NCBI RefSeq assembly: GCF_009914755.1
Contig: NC_060932.1
From: the human T2T-CHM13v2.0 reference genome, Homo sapiens
Length of the DNA stretch: 64,000 nucleotides
Reading direction: 5' to 3' (one strand)
In this document: positions 1-13,493 of the stretch, piece by piece
Layout of the letters: every line of letters begins with the position of its first letter
Position numbering within the stretch: the first letter of the stretch is position 1
The notes under the pieces: model-generated
Told to the model about the DNA's origin: nothing
Database searches by the model: none
What the model saw: the letters and a program-made list of their open reading frames with translations, nothing else
Made by a program: the position numbers and the translations under genes

Positions 1-364
1 GGTGAAGACCATTTGTCCTGGCGTCCTGAGAACTGACGTCCAGGCAGAGTCCTGTCTACCTTCTAAAATTTTCTCTTGTTGTTCCAGTCCACCCAGAACT
101 TTCTCTTCTCTGAATTATTATTCTAAGAACTTCCACCAAAACAGTTTGGAGGTTAATAGAGGTTAATACTTGCTTGGTTTCTTATCTAACCCAAATCATA
201 AAGCTCTTTGAGGCAAAGACATTCATCCAACAAACACTCAAGTGCTGACAGGGACTGTGGCTGGCCATGGAGACACAATAGTAGGCAAATTAGACCTCAT
301 CCCTGCCTTCATGGCATTTACCCAGGACCTTGGCTGTGCCAGTGCCAGAACTAGATCAAAGGAG

Positions 365-520
365 AGTGCAGTGGAAAGGCTCAGAGCTTTAGTGTAGACA
401 GACCTGGGTTTGAATTCTGTCATCACCACTTCCCATCTGTGGGACCTTGGGAAAATGTCTTCACCTCTCTGAACTATGTCCTATTTTATCTGAGAAGTCG
501 AGATCCTATTTCCTTTCTTG
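365..520 (+). mobile_element. MIR SINE fragment
   Basis: MIR core-like text: cagacctgggtttgaattct...tgggaccttgggaaaatg...cacctctctgaac. Confidence 0.6.
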
Positions 521-529
521 AAAAGATGA

Positions 530-901
530 GTATGAATTTGCTAGGACTGCCATAGCAGAATGCTACAGACTGGGTGGCTTAAACAACTGATATTTATTTT
601 CTCACCATTCAGGAGGCAGGAAGTCCAAGATCAAGGTGGCAGCAGGTTTGGTTGCTCCTGTGGTCTCTCTCTCGGGCTTGCAGACAGCCACCTTCTTGCT
701 GTGTCCTCATGGCCTGCCCTCTGTGTGTGTGTCTCTTTCTGTTCTTGTTTTATGCCACCAGTCATAATGGACTAGGGTGTACCTATACGACTGTTTTTTA
801 CCTTAATTGCCTCTTCAAAGGCCCTAACTCCAAACACAGTCACACTAGGGGTTAGGGCTTCAACATATGAATTTAAGGGAGACATAGTTCAGTCCATAAC
901 A
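530..901 (-). mobile_element. MLT1 (ERVL-MaLR) solo LTR
   Basis: Typical motifs: agactgggtggcttaaacaac, aagtccaagatcaaggtg, ttcaacatatgaattt...ttcagtccataaca. Confidence 0.75.
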
Positions 902-927
902 GAGTGTTATGAAGATTAATACATATA

Positions 928-1221
928 CTTTTTTTTAAGAGACAGTCTCACTCTGTTGCCTGGGCTGGAGTGTAATAGTGCAATCATATCTCACTGCAGC
1001 CTCAACCTCCTGGTCTCAAGCAATCCTCCCACCTCAGCCTACCAAGTAGCTTAGAGACTACAGGCACACATCACCACACTTGACTACTTTTCTCATTTTT
1101 TGTAGAGACAGGGATCTCGCTTTGTTGCCCAGGCTGGTTTCAAACTCCTGGCCTCAAGTGATTCTCCCACCTCAACTTCCCAAAGTGCTGGGATTATAGG
1201 CATGAGCCACAGCATCCTGCC
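928..1221 (-). mobile_element. Alu (AluJ-like)
   Basis: Poly-T followed by the reverse-complement Alu body. Confidence 0.9.
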
Positions 1222-1345
1222 ACAGCATATGCCTTATGTACATACCTAGTACACCACAGATGCTCAATGTAAAAGTATCTAATTGTCAGTTAAGGTATCT
1301 TGACACCCAAGTCAATATCCTTTTTGGAAAACTCTTTAAACAAGT

Positions 1346-1660
1346 TGATATGGTTTGGCTATGTCCCCACCCAAATCTCATCTTGAATTGTAGCTCCCAT
1401 AATTCCCACGTGTTGTGTGAGAGAGCCAGTGGGAGGTAATTGAATCATAGGGGTGGGTCTTTCTCATGCTGTTCTCATGATAGTGAGTAATTCTCATGAT
1501 ATCTGATGGTGTTATAAAGGGGAGTTCCCCTGCACACGCTCTCTTGCCTGCCACCGTGTAAGACGAGCCTTTGCTCCTCTTTCACCTTCAGCCATGATTG
1601 TGAGGCCTCCCCGACCATGTGGAACTGTGAGTCCATTAAACCTCTTTCCTTTATAAATTA
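1346..1660 (+). mobile_element. THE1 (ERVL-MaLR) LTR, 3'-truncated
   Basis: Starts tgatatggtttggct.tgtccccacccaaatctcatcttgaattgtagctccc and ends at ccattaaacctctttcctttataaatta. Confidence 0.85.
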
Positions 1661-2739
1661 GTCAGTCAGTGGGTAATTTATAAATTACACAGTCAGTGCT
1701 TAATAAATGATGTATCCTTGGACATGCCTAGTACAGTGGTGAGCATGTAGTAAGTAATCAGGGCACATCCGGTGACTGACTCTATCAGGGAACTGGGTTG
1801 TTTTCACACACAGGCTTGTAAGGAATAGGAGAGAAAATACCACATTTGAGGTCTGAAGAACTGAATACAAGTGTAGATTCTGCTCCTTAGCAGCACATAA
1901 GCTTGAGATGCTACTTCATCTAAAACCCATTTCCTCACTTGTCAGAAGAGAATAATCACACCTCTTTTGCACAGTTGCTTTGAAGCCTAAATGAGATAAT
2001 GTCTGTGAAATCAGCTCTCCTGGCACATAGTAGGAGATCAGTACATATTAGCTGAGTTTATCAGGGTTTATCTGACTGTGCATCTCTAGGGCGGTAAATA
2101 ACACAGTCATGCCCCCACCAGCATTTTCATACAGGTAAAACTGGGTTCAAATGAACACAGAGATAAGTGTGACGTGGAAACATGCAATGGATATGTCCCA
2201 GGAGGGCAACATAGGAAAGGATTAGAATAGGCACACTGGTCCCAATCTTGAAGTCCTGGGGTGTTAAGGCTTCCAGATTTTTCCACCACTCAAAGGACTC
2301 CCCTTCCACCTGCCCTCTGCCCCCACTCCCCGCTCCACACACACAAACATAGACAGGAATATCTGTTTTATGGGGCCCTTTCCTTACCCCACCCTCCTCT
2401 TTTGCCATTGGGATAAAGGGTGAATGGTCAGAGATTCTCCTCTGGCCATTCAGATTCTCTCTTTTGGTTGATTTTAGATTTGGGGTAAAGAAAGTGCAAG
2501 GTAATTCCAGAACACACTGTGCCAGAAAACAGTGTTCAAAGACTAATGGAGTCATGCCGGAGCACAGAAGCCACAGGCCAAATTTGGGGCAATTTGAACA
2601 TCAGAAAAGAATTACAGTAAGTGTTTGTGGTATCTTGTGTTTTTTTTTTTTAAGATATGTACATCCATAGTGCTCCTAAAGAGAAAGAATGAGAGAAGGA
2701 AAATGGGGCAAAGCTCTTCTTTACAAGAAAACCATTAAT

Positions 2740-3090
2740 AAATGAGGATGGAGCCATAGAAAATTATCATTGTGCAATCCCCAACATAATCACTGATTCC
2801 AGCAAGAATCATCAAAAAATATATTGGATAAAGAGTTATAGAGAAACAGAATATTCAGTCTCAAGGTTATCACCTCACAGATTTCTCGTTGACTAGAAAG
2901 GCAAAATTATCATTACAATGGAAAGACTGTTCAGTTACTGTATTGACTAATTAATCAAATTTAGTATCACCAGCAGTTGCCTCCTAATGAATCTAATCAT
3001 GAAGAAACACCAGACAAATCCAGAATGGGGACAATCCAAAAGACAACTGGCCAGAACACTCCAAAAAGTCAATGTCAAGAAACAAAAGAA
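2740..3090 (+). mobile_element. Old L1 (L1M-type) 3' fragment
   Basis: Resembles L1M 3'UTR text (ctaatcatgaagaaacaccagacaaatcc...aactggcc...ccaaaaagtcaatgtca). Confidence 0.5.
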
Positions 3091-3148
3091 GTGCTACTGC
3101 ACTCCAGCCTGAGCACTGCAGCAAGCAAGACTCTGCCTCAAAATTTAA

Positions 3149-3386
<238 letters not shown>

Positions 3387-3701
3387 TTCATTTTTATAGT
3401 TTTTTGTATAGTCTGAAATTGTTTTTACACAGAGCATGTATTGCTCGTATAATCAGAGAAAAAAAAAAAAACCCTCTCTTTTGTGGGGGAGATACCATTT
3501 CTTATTCCGTAAGTAAACTTTCCAGCTGAGGAAATTATTGGGACAATTGTTTTGTGGTAGAATGTTTATTCATTCAGCAAATAGTTCAGTATAAAATATT
3601 GTATTGCTTGCAAAGACTCTAGATATGTAAGGTCCTCTCATCTAACCTTAAAATTTTTCTCCCTACTTTACCATATATATAAGAACATAAAATAAAATCT
3701 T

Positions 3702-4134
<433 letters not shown>

Positions 4135-5048
4135 TTACCCAGTATGATCATCTTACCGTCCTTTGACTACCCTCTTCTGAGTCTATTGTTCGTTAATTTA
4201 AGACCTTCCAGAGCCTATTCACATTTGGGACATGCACTGCTTTGTGTTCGTACCAAATGCAGTTTTTAAGCTTCGAGGGCTCCGGTGCATTTCGGCTGGG
4301 ATCTAGACTCATTCTTGTTTGTGCCCAGCCCCTAGCATGGTGCCTGGCACTAACAGGCCCTTCACACATGTGTGTCAAATGAATGAACACCAATATGTAC
4401 AGTTAGCTTAGGGGGAGGGGTGACTTGGTCTCGTTTAGAGTATACACATGCAGAGAGCTATGGAATGCAAATAAGAACATTTGCACCCAAACTCTGAGCC
4501 CTGACTCAGGGCCCTCGGGTGCCTTTTGTCTCCAAGCAGCAGGGAATTCAAGCAGAAAATTCACTATTAATGGTTCAATAAAACATTCAGGTCCTGGATG
4601 TGGCCCCAAGGGAAGCCTGCGGCAGCGTGGAATACAGATATGTTTCCCCAGGAGGGAGCCCCATGCTCATTTAGCCTTATCTGTCAGGAGGATAGGAGCC
4701 TGGACTCCTGGAGCCAGGCCTGGGTACCTCGTCAACACGGGGGCACAAAGCCACAGGGAAAGGCGCAGCAAAGTTTCAGCAGGTGCCGGTCAGTCACTCT
4801 GAAAAAGTTCCTCTCCTGGGGATTTGCACTCAGTTTGTTATACAAGACAACAGAGGTTAATCACATACCTTACCCTCAGAGAAACAATTGCATTATCTTA
4901 ACCGACCATGTGGCTTCAGATTTTTTTAGGCGTTGTGTTCATGTGTTTCAGCGAGATACATTTGGCAAATAATTCTAACAGCGCCAGCTCATGTGGATGC
5001 TTAGTAAACGCTCTTTGATTGTAATGATGACAGAGCTGGAACTACCAG

Positions 5049-5049
<1 letters not shown>

Positions 5050-5106
<57 letters not shown>
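5050..5106 (+). repeat. (TG)~28 microsatellite
   Basis: Direct reading. Confidence 0.97.
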
Positions 5107-5107
<1 letters not shown>

Positions 5108-6648
5108 TGCGTCTGCGTCTCTATGTAGCCAGCAGAAGCCTTGGCAGGGTAGCGGGAAGCCATGGGGGAGGGAGAAGGTTACAACAAGCTGTTCTGGCCA
5201 TGTCTTTTAATTAATACCAAAAACCTGAACTTAGAAATCTTAGAGATCTGTTATTTGATTTTGCAAAGGACTAAAACTATTTTCTTTCTCAAAAAAAAAA
5301 AAAATTCTGTCTCATATCTTCCTTTTCCAGAACCACAAAATAGCTTTGGGAAGATAGTCATCTTGCATGAACAAAAACACAATTTTGTGAAATGGCATTT
5401 CACCAGCTTTACACCAACACTCTGATGAGGAACAGGGGAGAAGCAGAAAGAAGGGACTCTCTTCCATTTAAGCACGGATTCAGACCGTGGCAAGCTGTCA
5501 CGCCTCTGATGGTGGTAGTGAAGGAAAGATTTGAGATTTGAGATTTTCTGATCTAGAAACAGGAAACATCTAGGGATTAGGAGATTTTCACGTGACACTA
5601 TTTGCCGAAAAAATAGAAAGCTTTCAGTGCAGTTGTTGGACCATTTGTATGTCTATTTCTAGCTGGCTTTTGAGGCTGCAGTCATCCATACAGAACCAGC
5701 CACATAAAGACAGATGAACACCTATAGAGGCCCTCCCACTCTCCCGAGTAAATAAGTATTTAGTGTCGGCCCTAGATGACCACTCCTAAAATACTGCCAT
5801 AGCATCACTCCCCATGCACAGAAACATTCAATGTCTTCCCAATGCCCTACTAATCCCCACTGGTGTAAAGTGTAAGCTATTGAGGCCACTGTTCAAGGCC
5901 TTTTACAGTCTCACCCTACATGCATTTACAGCCTCTGCTGCTGCTGCCTTCTGCAAAGCCTCCTCCAGGCCAGCTCACCTGGCCTTCTGATTCTCACCCT
6001 TTCTTCATCTCTGCCTATCCAATCTCGCCCATCCTTCAAGACCCTGCTCAAATCTCCCGTCGGCCAAACCTTTTCCACCATCCCAGCTGGAGGAGATGCA
6101 TTTCCCTTGAGTACCCAGGTGTCTTTTGCTAACACTAGAAATGCTATCTGTACCTTTTTTAGTTCTTGCAGCTCATCCTCCAAGCCAGACTGTGAGCTCT
6201 TTGAATGCAGAAATTTTTATTATATGGTATTGAATCCCCTGCCCATTAATACATGCCTTCTGCATATCAACAAGCATGGGGTGCCCAATGCATGCGTGTG
6301 AAATTGACTGACTTCAGTGTGGCCGGCACTGTGCTCAGTTGCATAGAAATAAGAAAGAATATAAGTTGCTTCCCTCCAGCAGTTTCCAGTTTTTCTAGAG
6401 AGGCAAGATACAGTACAAGCAGAGAACGGTATGAGGTGCTTTCTGCAATGCAAACTGCAAATCTGAAAGTAACAGTTGTCCAGACATATCATCCAGAAAA
6501 ATGCTGCAAGCTTATAAAAGGAAAAGGCCACCTTTTAATTAGGCCTAAGAGTTAGTTGTACTTGAGATGGCCTTGAGGAATAATCATTATATTTTGTATT
6601 TGTCTGCTACTTTATAGTTTTCAAAGCTCCTTTATTTATATTAACTGA

Positions 6649-6978
<330 letters not shown>

Positions 6979-8100
6979 GGCCCCGGTAGCAGGAGTGGTT
7001 TGGCTCAAATCATACGGCAATGTGGGGGCTAAGCCAGGACTCAACTCAACCACTGGCATTTGGAGTTCAGTTTCACTACCTTCTACTACTATCATTCTTT
7101 GCCTTTAAACTAGAATTCTGGAGCAAGGGATTGAAGCAAAATGAAAATACCATTTTAAAAATATTAGGCAGGCTGCAGTATATAGGATAGATTGAAGAAA
7201 TAGAGTGGGGAGAGAGCATGCACACACTAGGAACTGTGACAAATGGCTGTAGAGATGAATTGATTACATTTGGTAACACCTGAATACAAAGGATGAGGGA
7301 AGGAGTGAGAAGAAGGATGGCTCAGGTTATAAAATAGAGTGGCTGAGAGAATGTCATCACTGACACTGAATATGCAGATGGGGGTTTTAGCTAACAGGGA
7401 TATCACAACATCCTTGTGAGCATCAAAATGACATCCGAGTGAGAACATCTCAAAGGCGCTGGAATTATGGTACCAAAATCCAAGCGGAGATCTGGGCTGG
7501 AGGGAGTCCCAAGAGACCCCCACAAAGAGTGGAGTTGTGAACGCAAATGAGCTAACCTATGAAACCTGTGACTAATTTAACAGAGGGCCAAGCTGAAGGG
7601 GGGTTGGCTCTCCAGCGTGGAACATACATCTATTTCTGAAAAATTATGAAACAGAAGGGTATCAGACCCCCTCCATGGCATTCAAATCAATTGCACCATC
7701 CTACAAAGCTTTTCAGGGATTGTGATCAGGCTTCTGAAGTGCCTGGATGCTGGGACGCCTGGACATCTGGACACCTGGATGCCTTCTTATTCTGAGCATG
7801 GCATTTTTTAGGTTTCTATGATCTTAACATTCAAGTTTCAGGACACAGCTTCTAGTCATATTGATGGGGCTCTTAAGGTGTAGCCGTGGGACATGCATGG
7901 GGTGTTCCCAGGACATTGTGACATGGCAACACTGGGGCACATTGTCAGCTTAGTGTCCAGGGATTCCAGCTCCTGGGTTCAGGGCTGAGGGTGGAAGGGA
8001 TGCCCTGTGCATATTATTCACGCATGTCCTGCGGTGACCTTTACTTCCCCTTCTGGGATTTTATCCCCATTATGTGGTGAGCACAGTTTCATTACTCCCC

Positions 8101-8491
8101 TGTTATGGGCTGAACTGTACACCCATCCCCCAGATTCCTATGCTGAAGTCTTAACCCCAGCCCCTCAGAGCATGACTGCATTTGGGGGCAGGGCCTTTAA
8201 AGAGGTGATGTAGGGTAAAGGAAGTCATTAGGGTGGGCCCTAATCCAATAGGCCTGGTGTTCCTAAAAGAAGAGGAGAATGAAGACACAGATACACACAG
8301 AGGGGCAGCCACGTGAGGACACAAGGAGAAGATGCCCATCTCCAAGCCAAGGAGCAAGGCCGCAGAAGGAATCAACCTTGCTGACACCTTGATTTCAGAC
8401 TCCCGGCCTCCAGAACCGTGAGAAAATTCACTTCTGTTGTTGAAGCCCTGTCTGTGGCACTGGGTTCTAACAGTCCGAGCAGACTAATACA
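8101..8491 (+). mobile_element. MLT1 (ERVL-MaLR) solo LTR
   Basis: tgttatgggctgaactgt...agggtgggccctaatccaat...agactaataca; TG...CA termini. Confidence 0.85.
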
Positions 8492-9372
8492 CCCACTAAT
8501 CCTTCTACATGCCTGTACTAAAGCCCAGTGGCCACTTTCCTGCCCACTCAGAACCTGCAATTTGTCCTCAGCATCTTAACACGTCATTCAAAAAATAAGA
8601 TAAACATCACTTGAACATCACTCTCCTCTCTTGAACTTCTCTTTCACTTCCAGTCTGATCCACAATTAGCACCTTATCATGTGCTCCCTAATTCTCAAAT
8701 AGTCTGAGTCACTATAGCAAATGCTGTGCTGGTCACCATTCATTGATCTAACTTGTCCCCTGGGCCGGCTTCTTGAGTGTAAGGACATCTTTCATTCTCA
8801 CATCACCTAGCCCAGCGAGGCTGGATACTCTGGTAGTCAAACCTATACTTGCAAAGGCAATCATTGGCCATTTGCATTGAAACTGTATTCACCCAACTCT
8901 TCCTTTAAACCTAGCTCTTGCTGATTACTAAAGTGTAACTTGCCCTCAATAGTTCAAAAGTCCATCCATATTTTGATGCAAAGTTGTGAAGAAATGTGTG
9001 TGTCCCTCTATTTTTAAAATCCATTGTGTTCTGACTTAAAAGTGTTTTAAAATGTGAAGAGTTTGCCCTCATTGAGTAAGAAGCAGCTTTTCCAGTGGGA
9101 CCCTGCTAACGTGGTTACTAAGGAGACCAATTGGAGGTAGGCGCCGTAATTAATCAGTAAATTCCAAGCAGCCAAATACCTGGCCGGGAGAGGCTCTTTA
9201 CTCTGAGAGGGGAAAATTGGCAGGTGGGTGGAGGTGCGTTGAGCTGCACATGGGGCCCAGCTGCAGCTGCCTCCTTCCCTTGTACTTCCTCTACTGAGAT
9301 ATTCTGATGACAATTTTAAGAGCTTTCTCAATCTGCCTCAAAACTTACCTATCAGTACAGATTGGATTCTAA

Positions 9373-9782
<410 letters not shown>

Positions 9783-9809
9783 AGAATTTTATTAATTCCA
9801 AGTTCTTGT

Positions 9810-9858
9810 GCACACACACACACACGCATACACACACACGCGCGTGCACACACACACA
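9810..9858 (+). repeat. Imperfect (CA)n/(CG) microsatellite
   Basis: Direct reading. Confidence 0.85.
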
Positions 9859-11277
9859 AAGCAGTAGAAATAAGAGCATGTGACCTTTCTTTTCCAACTA
9901 TTTTAATAAATGTATCCTGCCAATCAGAAAAGCAGGGGGCAGCTTGCTGCTCTGTGACCAGTTACCATACCCAAGGGAAGCCCATGGCTCTCAAAGTGCC
10001 AAGTCTCAGTGGCTGTGTGGCAAGGGGGAAGCCCTGAAGCCATCACAAACGCCACACAGTCTGCACCATTTCTAGTCTACTTGTGCTTTTCTGAGGGGCA
10101 AGATTCTTCTACTCCCCCACCCAACAGTGGTTTTAAACTCCCTCCTGGGTTCATCCTGCCCTTCCCCATCCATCACTGGAGACAGCCTGCCACCTCATGC
10201 AGCTTCATTCAACCCACCAAGAATATCCAGGTATTGGGTTCAACTCTTCTGTCTGGTAAATGAGGAAAGAAAAGTCCAGAGAAGCTAAGTGACTTTTCAC
10301 TCTTGCTCTTTCTCTTCCTCAACTGCAAGGGAAGAAAAGCATTTAGCTGCCTGAACATCCTGGGAATGACGAGGTGCTCAAAGGCAGGTGTGTTGGTTTA
10401 AGGTAATTTTCCACTGGATGTAATAGAAAATCCAACTAAATGGCTTAAATCATAGGAAGTAAAAGTTTCAAATGCCTCCAATGAATGGCTTCTGCATAGC
10501 CACCCTCTATTATCCTGGGACTTTGTAGTCTCCACCCAGCCTGGCTCTGGACAGTCTTGCAACTGGCCTTAGCCAACAAATGTAGCAAAAGCAATGGACT
10601 GCCAGCTCCATGCTTAGGTCTCAAGAGGTTCTGTGTGCTTGCGGTTGTTCCCTTGCTTGATTGTATTTGCTTGTGCTTTCACTTCAGGCTTGCCATGAGA
10701 CTATGCCAGGTTAATATGCTGGAGGGATGTGAGAGACCCATGAAGGATAAGACATGTGCAAGAGAACCAAGGTCCCCAGCTGACACCCAGCCAACTTTCT
10801 GAGTCCAACTGCAGGTGCAGAAGAGAGTCAGGCTGAGACCAGAAGAACTGCCCTGCTGAGACTAGCCAAAATTCCCAATCTGTAGAATCATGAGTCAAAT
10901 ACGTGGTCTGTTGTTTCAAGCCTCTGGCCTTGGTGTGGCTTGTTATGCAGCAATGGGTAACTGAACCCTGACTGACATTTGAAATAAATGTTTGGGGTTT
11001 TTTTTGTTTTTTTTTTTTTTGTTTTTAAAAAAAGGTTGAAGTTTGGAGTCCAAGATTGATATGGCCATTCCATTAGTCATGGGGGACCCAAAATCCTTCC
11101 ATCTTTATGTTCCATCATATTTACTCATGGCTTCCATCCTCAAAGTTGTCTTATCTCGTAATCCAAGATAGCTGCTAGAGCTCCAGCCATCACATTTGTG
11201 TCCCAGGCAGGATGGAGGGAGGACAAAGAAGAGAGAGAGGCCTTCAGTGAGTTGACCCCCTTTAAAAGAGCTTTCCC

Positions 11278-11583
11278 AGCTGGGCTCAGTAGCTCACACC
11301 TGTAATCCCAGCACTTTGGGAGGCCGAGGTGGGCAGATCACAAGGTCAGGAGATCAAGACCATCCTGGCTAACATGGTGAAACCCCGTCTCTACTAAAAA
11401 AAAATACAAAAAAAAAATTAGCCAGGCATGGTGGCAGGTGCCTGTAGTCCCAGCTACTCAGGAGGCTGAGGCAGGAGAATGGCATGAACCTGGGAGGCAG
11501 AGCTTGCAGTGAGCTGAGTTGGCGCCACTGCACTCCAGCCTGGGCGACAGAGCAAGACTCCGTCTAAAAAAAAAAAAAAAAAA
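11278..11583 (+). mobile_element. Alu (AluY-like)
   Basis: gagatcaagaccatcctggctaac and gaatggcatgaacc diagnostics; TSD-like AGCTTTCC on both sides. Confidence 0.9.
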
Positions 11584-13099
11584 GCTTTCCTGGAAACCCC
11601 ACCCAAGGACCTGCAGCTTAATGCTCATTGGCAACCCTTGGTCAATGGGAAATGTAGTCTTTTAGCTAAGTGCATTGATGCCTGGAATAAAATCAAGGGT
11701 ACCGTTTAGTAAGGAAGAACAGGGAAATGGGGATTGGGTAGGCAGCCTGCAATATCTGCCACATCATGTATGAAATCAGGTTCCAGGCCTGAGACACTGA
11801 AGTACATCAGGATGCAAAAGTGACCCCGTGTCAGTCAGTGAACATGCTGGTTTCCCGAAGAGTCCAAAATGGTAGCTGCGACCTGCAGTGTAAGGTTTGG
11901 GCAACAGAGATCTAAGTGAAGAATCATGAGTATGCTGGTCTCCTGAGCCCTTTTGCTGTGAACACAGACGGAAGGGAAATTTTATTCTCAGAACCTGTTG
12001 CTCTTAACCTGAGCAGATGTTTGCTGTCTTTTTCCTATTTTCTTTTTATGGAGATGTAATTCCCATAACATAAAATGCACCATTTTAAAGCATACAATTT
12101 GGTGGGTTTTAGTATTCTTGCTATGTTGTGCAACCATCACCTCAGTCTAAATCCAGAACATTTCCATTACCCCAAAAAGAAACCCTATACCATTTGCAGT
12201 CAGGGCAGATGCTTCCCTCAATCCTTCTCCACCCAGTCCTGGGTAGACCAGAGAGCTGGACTTAACCACATGAATGAGTGCTTGAGCTCCTTGGATGACA
12301 TAGGTTCAAACCCTGGGATTCTGGAATATTTTAGACCCTCTTAGGAAAACCAAGGACAGGGTCATGGTGAAATTCACCTAAGGTAAGGAAACGTGGGGTC
12401 CACAAGGATGCTAAACCCTCAAGCCTGTGCCTTCAGCCTGTGAGCTCCTTTCCTGCAGCCCACAACCCACGGCGGCTGTAGAAGACAAAGAGGCTCTGCA
12501 GTAAGGGACAGGGAAGCTTCCAGAGCTTCTGAGCCTCCAGGGCCCTCGGTAGTGATGCCCTAAGTTGCAGAAGCTTTAAAAGCTCTCTGTTGTGACACCA
12601 GACACTGATATGGGATTTCTACATCCAGGTGGTACTAATCAGTGTGAAAAGCGGGCTGAGAGGAGAGGGAGGATGCAGCACATTCATTAAGGGCCTCGTG
12701 TGTTGTAGATTCAAACAGAATCTCCTTTTTCTACTCACAACCATCCTGGGCAGTATTAGACTCATTTTCCGGAAGGAGGACTTGAGGTTCACAAAGAGAT
12801 GTGCCTTGCTCTGACTGTACAGCCGAATTTCAGACACTTCCATCTGAGCCTCGAGTCTCAGCATTCTCCATTGCACCATGCTGTGGGCACCTGTGGAAAT
12901 GCCTCCTGACCTGGCCCAGGGCAGGTGCAGCCACCTCTTGAGTGGCCTAGTTAGGGGCAATGACATTAGGTCAGGGCTTGGCTTAGCTCAGCCCTGGGCT
13001 CCTCCGAGTCGGTGGGAGCTTGGCATGAGCTCCCCTCCCTTCTGCCTGCCTCCTATTCTTCACTCCTCAGGCAAAAAGGTTGCTCAAGGAGACTCCAGG

Positions 13100-13170
13100 A
13101 TTTGGGGTCTGCCTCGTCACTGTCACCAGGAGGCTTTTTTTCTGACTTGCCAGAGCTCCCCGTCAGTCCT
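13100..13170 (+). promoter_or_regulatory. PNOC: PNOC proximal promoter with two CRE half-sites (CGTCA)
   Basis: CGTCA at 13115-13119 and 13161-13165, just upstream of exon 1. PNOC is known to be cAMP-inducible. Confidence 0.5.
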
Positions 13171-13308
13171 CACAGAGCCTCTGGAAGCACAGGGAAGGCA
13201 GCTGTGGGATCCTGGCTGAACAGAGTCCAGGTGAAGCAGGCTTGAGAATGGATTGATGGGGAGGTGGGGATGTCACAGGTCTGATGGCAGAGCCGGGGGA
13301 AGGGAACA

Positions 13309-13493
13309 GCCAGGAAGGCTTGCAGGTTCTGCTGTTTGGTTGCTGAAGGGGGTCAGTGTGTGTATGTGTCATGGAGGTGGGCAGGGAAGGGGAGGGCTGT
13401 GCGTGGGGGAGAGGATATATATGCTGGTGTGGCTGAGAAAGCGGAACCGAGCCTCGCATCCATCGGAGGGAGCCGGGGACTGACAGCTCTCAG
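13309..13493 (+). other. PNOC: PNOC exon 1 (non-coding 5'UTR); 5' boundary approximate
   Basis: Ends in the donor CAG|GTAGGC at 13493/13494. GC/CpG-enriched flanks. Joins the exon 2 acceptor at 25305 to give the PNOC 5'UTR as I recall it. The TSS cannot be fixed from sequence alone. Confidence 0.75.

Noticed and set aside
7741-7785. Short degenerate (CCTGGAYR)n tandem array
   Set aside because: Only about 5 imperfect units with no spacers. It is an ordinary micro/minisatellite, not CRISPR-like.
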